Source: an uncultured delta proteobacterium
GTDB lineage: Bacteria > Desulfobacterota > Binatia > Binatales > Binataceae
Assembly (NCBI GenBank): GCA_963842085.1
Contig: CAWJET010000001.1
Coordinates: forward strand, 288,001-352,000
Reading direction: 5' to 3'
Length of the DNA stretch: 64,000 nucleotides
In this document: in pieces, positions 22,709 to 30,507 of the stretch
How positions within the stretch are numbered: the first letter of the stretch is position 1
Layout: the number at the start of each line of letters is the position of its first letter
The notes under the pieces: model-generated
Told to the model about the DNA's origin: nothing
The model's database searches: none
Seen by the model: the letters and a program-made list of their open reading frames with translations, nothing else
Translations under genes and position numbers: made by a program

Positions 22709-22736
22709 TCTTTCAAGCCAGCTTTCGAAGTATCCC

Positions 22737-22784
22737 TCACCCACCAGGCAGTTGGTTGACGTAGATGACGAGGGTGACTTTCAC
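22737..22784 (-). CDS. Putative leader peptide MKVTLVIYVNQLPGG
   Basis: GGAG Shine-Dalgarno 6 nt before GTG; stop 28 nt before terminator stem; lies between promoter and terminator. Confidence 0.68.
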   Translation of the reverse strand: MKVTLVIYVNQLPGG

Positions 22785-22813
22785 GGGATTCTCCGAGTTC
22801 TGACTCCGGGGCG

Positions 22814-22842
22814 AGACTACTGCCGCCGCGCGAGCAGGTCAA
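22814..22842 (-). promoter_or_regulatory. Sigma70-type promoter for leader-MFS transcript
   Basis: TTGACC-17 nt-TAGTCT. Confidence 0.7.
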
Positions 22843-22851
22843 GAAACCGCA

Positions 22852-23832
22852 TCAGGCGAACCTGAGAATGATTTTCCCGAAGTGCTCGCTCGCTTGCATC
22901 ATGCGATGCGCCGTCGGCGCGTCCGCGGCCGGGAGCGCCTTGTAGATTGGCGGACGCAACCGGCCCGCCTCGAGTGCGGGGCCGAATTGCGCGAGGAACG
23001 CCGCGACGATCTGCGCCTTCTCGGCGGCAGGGCGCGTGCGCAACGTCGAGCCGAAGATCTTCAGATGACGGCGCAGAACGGCCGCCAGATCGAGCTCGGC
23101 GCGCGTCCCGTTCATCAGGCCTATCAGGACCAAGCGCCCGCCTTGCGCGAGCGACTCGATGTTTCCGGCCAGGTAGGCGCCGCCGATGCTGTCCAGGATC
23201 ACGTCCACGCCACGCCCTTCCGTCGCCGTCTTCACCGCCGGAGCAAACGGCCCGCGCTTGTAGTTGATCGCGACGTCGGCGCCAAGCTTGCGGCATTGCT
23301 CGCATTTCTCGTCCGCGCCCGCCGTTACCACCACACGCACGCCCGCTTCGTTGAGCAATAGAATCGAGGCGGTGCCGACGCCGCTGCCGCCGCCGTGAAT
23401 CAACGCGGTTTCGCCGCGCTTGATTCCGGCGAGCATGAAAAAATTCAGGAACGCGGTCAGAAAGACTTCGGGGATTCCGGCGGCTTCTTCGAAGCTCAGC
23501 GCCGCGGGAATCTTCATCGCGGAGCCGTAGTGCACCGCGGCCTTCTCCGCGTAGCCGCCGCCCGGCAGCAACGCCATCGCGCGCTCGCCGATTTTCCATC
23601 CGGGAGCAGCAGCGCCGACCGCGACGACCTCGCCTGCGCATTCCAGGCCGATGATTTCCGACGCGCCCGGCGGAGGCGGATAGAATCCCTGGCGTTGAAG
23701 AATGTCCGCGCGATTCACCCCGGCAGCCCGAACGCGAATCAGGATTTCATCGGGTTTGATCGCGGGCTCGGCAACCTCGCCGATTTTGAGCGCGTTCTCA
23801 TCGCCGGGCTTTTCGACGACTACTGCTTTCAT
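22852..23832 (-). CDS. NAD(P)H-quinone oxidoreductase, PIG3 family
   Basis: GVNRADILQRQGFYPPPPG, HGGGSGVG, GSTLR, GKIIL. Confidence 0.93.
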   Translation of the reverse strand: MKAVVVEKPGDENALKIGEVAEPAIKPDEILIRVRAAGVNRADILQRQGFYPPPPGASEIIGLECAGEVVAVGAAAPGWKIGERAMALLPGGGYAEKAAVHYGSAMKIPAALSFEEAAGIPEVFLTAFLNFFMLAGIKRGETALIHGGGSGVGTASILLLNEAGVRVVVTAGADEKCEQCRKLGADVAINYKRGPFAPAVKTATEGRGVDVILDSIGGAYLAGNIESLAQGGRLVLIGLMNGTRAELDLAAVLRRHLKIFGSTLRTRPAAEKAQIVAAFLAQFGPALEAGRLRPPIYKALPAADAPTAHRMMQASEHFGKIILRFA

Positions 23833-23841
23833 GAATTCAGA

Positions 23842-24303
23842 CTACCTATAGATCATTTTCACCGAAATCTGCTTCCAGCCATTGCCGTCGTAGTGAAACT
23901 TGCACTCGTCGAACGACGGCGCTTTGAACATGGGCACGACGTTGTTTGAAAATCCGTAGCCCTCGAGCGGATAGCCGATCATGTTCGAATCGAATTTGCC
24001 GTTTTTGTTCTCGTCGTGAAAAAGCGTGACGGCGTAGTCGCCGGCCGAATAAGCCCCGCCAAAGACGCACTCGCCGCGAGCGCCCTTAATCGGCGCCCAG
24101 ACATGCTTCAGGATGTGCGAGTCGTCGCGCGGAAATCCCTGCGGCCCCCGCCACAGCGAGCATCCCAGTTGCCCCTTGTCGTTGCGAAAGCCGGTCACTT
24201 CGACCTTGATGCCCGCCTTCGCCGGGTCTTGCGCCCGCGACAAACCAGTTGATGCGCCCGAGACGAGCAGCACCGCGAACGCGATCAGCACTCTCATTCT
24301 CAT
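23842..24303 (-). CDS. DUF2141 family exported protein
   Basis: Signal peptide; GDYAVTLFHDENKNGKFD, PLEGYGFSNN, APSFDEC; the track ORF is over-extended at its 5' end. Confidence 0.85.
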   Translation of the reverse strand: MRMRVLIAFAVLLVSGASTGLSRAQDPAKAGIKVEVTGFRNDKGQLGCSLWRGPQGFPRDDSHILKHVWAPIKGARGECVFGGAYSAGDYAVTLFHDENKNGKFDSNMIGYPLEGYGFSNNVVPMFKAPSFDECKFHYDGNGWKQISVKMIYR

Positions 24304-24383
24304 CGAATCCACGCTCCATACACGAAGAGGGTCCACAAGGACCCTCTCACGCGTCCAATGCCCACGCACCACGAAAACCGCGT

Positions 24384-25439
24384 CTAGTTGTAGTTGTTGA
24401 TCACCGTGACGCCGACGTTCTGGAACGTGTTCATCTCGTTGAAAATCTTGTTGATGCCGTCGAGTCCGCAGGTCCCGGTAACCATCGCCTTGGGCGTGAC
24501 CTTCTTGGCCTCGACCATTTGCAGCATCGCCGGATAGTGCGACGCCTGCATCCCGAGCGAGCCGATCACCTGCAGTTCCATCGTGACGATCCGATCGATC
24601 GGCATCGGAATCTCGCCCTGCTCCACCGAGGTCGTCAGCCCAATCTGCAGATGGCGTCCCTGCTTGCGCAGACTCATGATCGCGTTGCGGCAGGTGGCCG
24701 CGACACCGAGCGCATCGACGGCCACATGTGCGCCGCCGCCGGTGAGATCGAAGATCGCGCTTAACGGATCGCTCTTCTTCGCGTTGATTACGTGCGCCGC
24801 GCCCATGCCCTTGGCGAGTTCGAGCTTGGCCGAGTCGAGATCGACGCCGATGACGTTGGCTCCCATAGCCGCCGCGATATTGATCGCCGACAGCCCGATT
24901 CCGCCGCATCCATGCACCACCACCCATTCACCCGGCTTCACCTGCGCGCGATCGACGACGCCGTGAAACGAGGTCATGAAGCGGCAACCCATCGAGGCCG
25001 CCTCGACGAAGTCGATGCTCGCCGGGAGATTGACCAGGTTCATGTCGGCGAATGGCACCGCGACCAGGTGGCCGAAGCCGCCGTGATACGAGAAGCCCGG
25101 CAGCAGCGGCGTGAGGCAAACGTTGGATTGCCCGTTGCGACAATACTCGCAGGTGCCATCGCCCTGGCTGAACGGCACCACGACGCGCGCGCCCTTCTTG
25201 AAGTTGCGCACGTCCTTGCCGGCCTCTTCGACGACGCCGGTGAACTCATGCCCGAGGATTGCGCCGGGCTGCGCTGACAGCCCCATCCAGGTCCAATCGC
25301 CCGACCACGCGTGCCAGTCGGAACGACAGATGCCGTTGGCCTCGACGCGCACGATCGCGCTGGTCGGCGCGCATTCGGGATCGGGAACCGTCTTTACTAC
25401 GAGAGGTTTCTTGGTCGCCTCGAATACTGCTGCTTTCAT
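24384..25439 (-). CDS. Zinc-dependent alcohol dehydrogenase
   Basis: GICRSDWH, GHE, structural zinc loop DGTCEYC...C, GCGGIG. Confidence 0.93.
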   Translation of the reverse strand: MKAAVFEATKKPLVVKTVPDPECAPTSAIVRVEANGICRSDWHAWSGDWTWMGLSAQPGAILGHEFTGVVEEAGKDVRNFKKGARVVVPFSQGDGTCEYCRNGQSNVCLTPLLPGFSYHGGFGHLVAVPFADMNLVNLPASIDFVEAASMGCRFMTSFHGVVDRAQVKPGEWVVVHGCGGIGLSAINIAAAMGANVIGVDLDSAKLELAKGMGAAHVINAKKSDPLSAIFDLTGGGAHVAVDALGVAATCRNAIMSLRKQGRHLQIGLTTSVEQGEIPMPIDRIVTMELQVIGSLGMQASHYPAMLQMVEAKKVTPKAMVTGTCGLDGINKIFNEMNTFQNVGVTVINNYN

Positions 25440-25526
25440 CGTTGCCTGAGCCTCCTTAACAATGTCGCGATCAATTTCGATATAGCGCCTTTGCCGGCGA
25501 ATCGGCAAATTCAGTCCGTGCGCTCA

Positions 25527-26522
25527 TCAGAGCAGCCGCGCCACAGTCTTTTCGAACTCAGCCGGCGTGTGCGCGTCGATATCTATTGGATGCAGATCGA
25601 CGCCGGCCTCGTCCTGCGCCTTCAGCCGCTCGACTGCGCCTTCGATTCCACCGATATAACCCAACTCGGAGAGCAGCTTGGGCGACAGCGCCGCGGTCCC
25701 GGCCTTCGAGCCGCCCGCGTCCCAAGCCTGCTTGACCTTCTGCACCTCGTCGCCGAAGCCGAAGCGCGTGAGTTGCTCGGAATAGAAGGTGCCCATGCGC
25801 GCGGCGTAGAACGCGACGTTGGCGGCATGCCCCGCTACTGCGCGATCGACATTGGCGGTAACAGTCACATGTCCGGGCGCCTTGACCGCGACCGCGCGCG
25901 GCTCGCGTCCGGCCGCGGTCGCGATCTCGCGGAAATCCGCAATCGCTTTCCTGAGCGAATTGATCGGGATCATCACCGGCAGCCATCCGTCGGCTTTCTT
26001 GGCCGTGAACTCGACGCTCCTTTTGTTGAGCGAGGCGATCCAGATCGGAATGTGCTTGCGCGGCGTCTCGAAGCGCATCGTGAAACCGCGCTGCAACTTG
26101 AACACCTTGCCGTCGTAGTTGAGCGGCGTCTGCGCCATGATCATGTTGATAATTTCGACGTACTCCTTCATCCGCGTCAGCGGCGGATTGAACGGGATAC
26201 CGTGAAAATGCTCGATCACCTGCGGCCCGCTGGTACCCAAGCCAATGATCATGCGGCCGTTGCTCAACTCGTCGAGCGTGCCGAAATGCTGCGCGAGCGC
26301 GGCCGGCGTGCGCGAGTAGATATTCACGATCGAGGTCGCAAGCTGGATCTTGCTGGTATGCTCGGCGAGCAGCGTCAGCAGCGTGAACGCGTCGCGGCCC
26401 CACGCCTCGGCCACCCAGATCGAATGGATGCCTGCGGCGTCCGCGATTTTCGCTTTTTCGATCGTGCCCTTGAAATCGGGCTTGCCCTGCCAATTCACTC
26501 CGACTGCCAATTTGCGCGCCAT
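25527..26522 (-). CDS. LLM-class flavin (possibly F420)-dependent oxidoreductase
   Basis: WVAEAWGRDAF, SRTPA, LDELSNGR, GLGTSGPQVIE; SD AGGAGG before ATG 26522. Confidence 0.9.
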   Translation of the reverse strand: MARKLAVGVNWQGKPDFKGTIEKAKIADAAGIHSIWVAEAWGRDAFTLLTLLAEHTSKIQLATSIVNIYSRTPAALAQHFGTLDELSNGRMIIGLGTSGPQVIEHFHGIPFNPPLTRMKEYVEIINMIMAQTPLNYDGKVFKLQRGFTMRFETPRKHIPIWIASLNKRSVEFTAKKADGWLPVMIPINSLRKAIADFREIATAAGREPRAVAVKAPGHVTVTANVDRAVAGHAANVAFYAARMGTFYSEQLTRFGFGDEVQKVKQAWDAGGSKAGTAALSPKLLSELGYIGGIEGAVERLKAQDEAGVDLHPIDIDAHTPAEFEKTVARLL

Positions 26523-26691
26523 CGAAATTTCCTCCTGATTACCACGCGCTGCGGCGTGGTTCTCCAGCGCCCAACCTAGCCGAGACTGAGACTCTTCTAC
26601 AAACCGTTCGTCAGGTAATCGTCGCAACTGTCCGGCTACTCGATTTGCCCGCGCCACACTATGATTGTTCGTTATAGGCGTGAGGCTCGCT

Positions 26692-27525
26692 ATGAAGACA
26701 CGATGCACTTCCCTGATTGTCGTCGTCGCGCTGATCACCACTTTCTTCTCGTACGCCATCGCCCACGACATGGACGGAATGGACATGGGCTCGAGCGCCA
26801 GCGGCGCCGGCGCGATGGGCCAGATGGGCGCGCACATGAAGATCGGAGACCACATGACGATGACCGAGTCGCGACCCATGACCCCGGCGGACGTGCAGCG
26901 AGGCGAACAGATCATCGCGACGATGCGCGCGAAGCTCGCCAAGTACCAGGACTACAACGTCGCAATCGCCGACGGCTACGTGCCTTACATGGAGTCGGTG
27001 CCGCAGGACGTCTACCACTTCTCCAACCGCGCGGCGACGGCCGCCGAGTACATGGGCGATTTCGATCCGGCGCATCCCGGCTCCCTTCTCTATGAGAAGA
27101 AAACCTTCGGTGGATACAAGCTGGTCGGTGCTATGTACGACGCGCCGCCCGGCGACAGTCCCGCGCGGCTCAACGCGCTGATCCCGCTGGGCCTCGCGCA
27201 CTGGCACGCGCACACCAACATCTGCCTGCCGCACGACGTGACCGAAGCCGACGTGATCAACGGCAACGTCGGCAACCATATGCGGCCGGACATTTCCTCG
27301 GCGGTCGATACACCCCGTTTTGGTCGCGGCGCGGGTGACGGCGATCGAATCCGCTTCGGCTACCTGTCCGATCCGCGCTTCGGCTTCGCAGGCACAATTT
27401 CAAATCAGGCTGACTGCGAGGCGGCCGGCGGAAATTTTCACAAGCAGATATTCGGTTGGATGGTGCACGTCTATCCGTTCTTGAGCAACGATCTGAGAGT
27501 TGCGTTCAGCCTCGAAGCGCCGTGA
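26692..27525 (+). CDS. Secreted Met/His-rich hypothetical protein
   Basis: Signal peptide, AHDMDGMDMG...HMTMT, YHFSN, PGSLLYEK, LVGAMY, WHAHTNIC, GWMVHVYP. Confidence 0.8.
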   Translation: MKTRCTSLIVVVALITTFFSYAIAHDMDGMDMGSSASGAGAMGQMGAHMKIGDHMTMTESRPMTPADVQRGEQIIATMRAKLAKYQDYNVAIADGYVPYMESVPQDVYHFSNRAATAAEYMGDFDPAHPGSLLYEKKTFGGYKLVGAMYDAPPGDSPARLNALIPLGLAHWHAHTNICLPHDVTEADVINGNVGNHMRPDISSAVDTPRFGRGAGDGDRIRFGYLSDPRFGFAGTISNQADCEAAGGNFHKQIFGWMVHVYPFLSNDLRVAFSLEAP

Positions 27526-27533
27526 CGCCTCGG

Positions 27534-28175
27534 TCACCGCTCCGCCGCTGTAATCCGGTACGCGCAGCGCCGCGCGCCAGCCAGAATGTGATCGATCCGT
27601 TCGACCCGCGCCTTGTCGCCAAGCACCGAGCGGAACAGCGAGAGTTCTTCGCGGCATAAGCCCTGGCAGGTCGAGGCCGCCGCGCAGATGGGACAATGAT
27701 TCTCCGCCAACAGCATCGAGCCGTCGGGCATCCGCGCGCATTCGGCCATGTAGCCCTGCTCGCGACGAATCTCCGCCAATGCGTGCGCGCGCTTTGCGAT
27801 TGAAGTCCCCGCCGGGCGCAGCCGCGCGCGATACTCTTCGAGCTGGCGGCGCGTCCTTTCGCGCAGCAGCTTGTCCATCCCCGCCTCACCGAACGCCGCG
27901 CGCACCGCTGCGATGATCTCGACCGTCAGGTCGCTATGCGTGTCCGGAAAGCGCTCGGCCGCCACGCTCGTCAATCTCCACACGCGCGCGGGGCGTCCCA
28001 CCTTGCGCCGTTCGTCGGTAAATTCGACGAGGCCTTCCACCTTGAGGCGATAGAGATGCTGGCGCACCGCCATCGCCGTGACGCCCAGGCGGCGCGCGAC
28101 CTGAGCCGCGGTCTGCGGCCCGCGAGTCTTGAGCTGGTACAGGACACCCTCCTCCGCGCGCGCATCGTGCTTCAT
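27534..28175 (-). CDS. SufR-like ArsR/DeoR HTH regulator with C-terminal Cys cluster
   Basis: LGVTAMAVRQHL, VGRP, ENHCPIC..C...C and RRCAY. Confidence 0.88.
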   Translation of the reverse strand: MKHDARAEEGVLYQLKTRGPQTAAQVARRLGVTAMAVRQHLYRLKVEGLVEFTDERRKVGRPARVWRLTSVAAERFPDTHSDLTVEIIAAVRAAFGEAGMDKLLRERTRRQLEEYRARLRPAGTSIAKRAHALAEIRREQGYMAECARMPDGSMLLAENHCPICAAASTCQGLCREELSLFRSVLGDKARVERIDHILAGARRCAYRITAAER

Positions 28176-28205
28176 GAAATGCGATGGTACCCGCCATGAA
28201 TTATT

Positions 28206-28248
28206 AGTCAAGCGAGTGCTTGACTTAGTATATAAAGCGAGTACTTTA
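28206..28248. promoter_or_regulatory. Tandem operator palindromes between divergent regulator and questin oxidase-like genes
   Basis: AGTCAAGC-gagt-GCTTGACT (28206-28225) and TAAAG-cgagta-CTTTA (28233-28248); shared consensus TMAAG-N6-CTTKA in an AT-rich spacer. Confidence 0.7.
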
Positions 28249-28278
28249 CCAACTATCGGGACCCGAGAGGACGCGTCG

Positions 28279-29337
28279 ATGAACACCGATTATTCTGCGC
28301 TCGATGAAGCGCTCGAAATCATGGCGCCGATCGGCCCTGAACTGAACAACGGCTTGTCCAATCACGCACCCATGGCGATCGAAGCGATGTGTGCGATGGG
28401 ACGCCCCGACGCCGTGATGCCGTGGTTCGAGCGCTACCGCCGCCGGCTCGCGCAGCGTCGAGCCCGGGTCGCGCGGCTCACGGATGACAATTGGCGCGCG
28501 GCGCTCGGCGACCTCCGCCGCACCGAGGATTGGTTCGAGTTCTTTCGCAACGAGCTCGAGGAGCGCCCGTGGCCTGCCGCGCTCGACACGTGGGCCGCGC
28601 GGCTCGCGCCGGGTCTGATGGCGGCTGCGACGCATGGGGTGATTCGCACCGGCCACGCAACGCGCGCCCTCGCTCTCGAGAACACTCCTGCGCGCCGCCG
28701 CGAACTGGCCGACGGACTCGCTTACTGGGCCGCCGATTACTTGCCGCTGCCCGCTGAGCGGCACCCGCCGGCTCGTGCAAAGCCGTCAGACGCGATCGCT
28801 GGCGTGCAGATGATTCCGCCTGAGACTCGGCGCAACAACTTAGGCGCGTTTACCGACGCGCTCGCGCAACTCGATTCCTTCCCACCGTTCCAGAGCACGC
28901 TCGACGCAGTCGATCCCACCGGCGACCCGCGCGCATTCATCTCGGACCTGACCGCCACCTTTGCGCGCGTCTTTCTGGCCAACGCCCGCGACACTTACAC
29001 GGCCATTGCGTTTGTCCACGCCGTGACCGGCCCGTCCGCCATTCGCCCTCTCCTGCCGTACCTGCGCGAAGCAACTGCGCGCATAGCACTCGCATACGCG
29101 TGGCAGGCTGCGGCCGCGATGTACGCAACTTTCGGCACACGCGCGGACCTGTCGCGCCTCGATGAGGTCAAGGTCTGGGATCAGGATGGACTTATCGAGC
29201 GTGCGCTCGCATGCGGCGACGAGCACGCGATCAAATTCACCGAGGTCTGTTTACGCGAGCATGCGTTCAATCCGGACCCGGCGTTTCTCGCGGCTGCCGG
29301 CCAGGCGATTCGCGTGCTGAGCCGCGCCGAAGGCTGA
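28279..29337 (+). CDS. Questin oxidase-like (DUF4243) protein
   Basis: GLSNHAPM, ATHGVIRTGHA, GLAYWA, VHAVTG, DEHAIKFTE. Confidence 0.85.
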   Translation: MNTDYSALDEALEIMAPIGPELNNGLSNHAPMAIEAMCAMGRPDAVMPWFERYRRRLAQRRARVARLTDDNWRAALGDLRRTEDWFEFFRNELEERPWPAALDTWAARLAPGLMAAATHGVIRTGHATRALALENTPARRRELADGLAYWAADYLPLPAERHPPARAKPSDAIAGVQMIPPETRRNNLGAFTDALAQLDSFPPFQSTLDAVDPTGDPRAFISDLTATFARVFLANARDTYTAIAFVHAVTGPSAIRPLLPYLREATARIALAYAWQAAAAMYATFGTRADLSRLDEVKVWDQDGLIERALACGDEHAIKFTEVCLREHAFNPDPAFLAAAGQAIRVLSRAEG

Positions 29338-29339
29338 CG

Positions 29340-30020
29340 CTACTTGGTGCCGCAGTAAACGGCGAAGATCAGGTTTTTGTACGCGCAATCGATATCGCGG
29401 AACCCCGCCTCGCGCAGCCATTCGAGTTGATCCTCGAGCGTCGCCGCGCGATCGAACTTCATCCGTTCCAGCGCCGCCGCCAGGTCGCGCTCGTCCGCAC
29501 CCAATTCACGCACCCGCGTGACCCATCGCTCGTGATGGAACCGGTGCCGCTCCGGAGTCGCGCACCGAAACTGCTCGGCGTTGACAAAAACTCCGCCGTC
29601 GTTGAGCGCGCCGTGGATTCGATTGAACAACGCGCGCTTTTGCTCGTCGCCCAAGTGATGTATCGACAGCGCCGAAACGACCGCGTCGTACTTCTCCCGG
29701 ATCTGATCAACGCCGTAGTCCGAGACCTCGAAGCGAAAGCGCTCTCCCCCAAGCTCGAAGCGCGCACGCGCACGCTCGAGCATCTCGTTCGAGATATCCA
29801 CCATCGTGATTCGCGCATTCGGAAAACTGTACGCGATAAACGCCGCCATCAGGCCCGTGCCGGCGCCGAGATCGAGAACCTTGAGCCTGCTCTCGCGCGG
29901 AAACCGGATTAAATCGATCGCCGCCCGGTAGAAGTCGTCGAATCCCGGCACCAGCCGGCGCCGCGTGCGGTCGTAATCTTCCGCCGCAAGATCGAACGCG
30001 TGCTGTACTGAATTCGCCAT
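29340..30020 (-). CDS. Class I SAM-dependent methyltransferase
   Basis: VLDLGAGTG, VDISNEML, SALSIHHL. Confidence 0.92.
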   Translation of the reverse strand: MANSVQHAFDLAAEDYDRTRRRLVPGFDDFYRAAIDLIRFPRESRLKVLDLGAGTGLMAAFIAYSFPNARITMVDISNEMLERARARFELGGERFRFEVSDYGVDQIREKYDAVVSALSIHHLGDEQKRALFNRIHGALNDGGVFVNAEQFRCATPERHRFHHERWVTRVRELGADERDLAAALERMKFDRAATLEDQLEWLREAGFRDIDCAYKNLIFAVYCGTK

Positions 30021-30092
30021 CTGAAGATTGTGCGGTCGCGACGGTCGTGAATCAACCGCACAGTTAAGACGCGTATCGATCCGGCCGTGCTG

Positions 30093-30344
30093 CTACTTGG
30101 CTAGTTTCGTCAGTCCTTTCTTTCTGCGCTCGGCCCACCGCTTCTTCATAAGCTCCGACAGCCGCTTCCTGCCTTCCTTGGTGATGCCGCCGCGTCGCTT
30201 TCTTTTTGTGGCGCCCGGCTTGGCAGCAGCTTTACGGCCTCTCTTGCCGGTAGCCGCCGATCCTGCTCCTACCAGGGCCGTGATCGCACGGACCAGCCGG
30301 TCCCTTTCTTTCTTCAGGTCTGCAACGATTTTGTCGATTTCCAA
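30093..30344 (-). CDS. Small basic protein, putative DNA-binding/nucleoid-associated
   Basis: TTG start with AGAGGAG SD; N-terminal coiled coil, K/A/G linker with KRGRK, C-terminal ITKEGRKRLSELMKKRW helix. Confidence 0.8.
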   Translation of the reverse strand: MEIDKIVADLKKERDRLVRAITALVGAGSAATGKRGRKAAAKPGATKRKRRGGITKEGRKRLSELMKKRWAERRKKGLTKLAK

Positions 30345-30395
30345 ATAAGTGCTCCTCTAGGTCTAAAGCGTTTCGTTCGGCCGCTACTTAATATA

Positions 30396-30417
30396 TCCAG
30401 CAATTATAATTGCTGGA
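30396..30417. promoter_or_regulatory. Perfect 22-bp palindrome TCCAGCAATTATAATTGCTGGA (candidate operator)
   Basis: Self-complementary over 22 nt in the AT-rich region upstream of the small basic protein; second palindrome AATTGCAATT at 30427-30436. Confidence 0.65.
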
Positions 30418-30507
30418 GTTACTAAGAATTGCAATTTCTATGAGCTAGGTTGTGCGATGCCCCGGATAGGCCTCGGCCTGCCGGCCGCTAACTCAACCCT
30501 AGGACTC

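Noticed and set aside
23842-24927. Track ORF of 361 aa suggesting a fusion
   Set aside because: Its 5' part is an alternative frame of the alcohol dehydrogenase; only the DUF2141 part from ATG 24303 is credible. The same over-extension affects track ORFs 25527-26942, 42882-44237 and 19166-20452.
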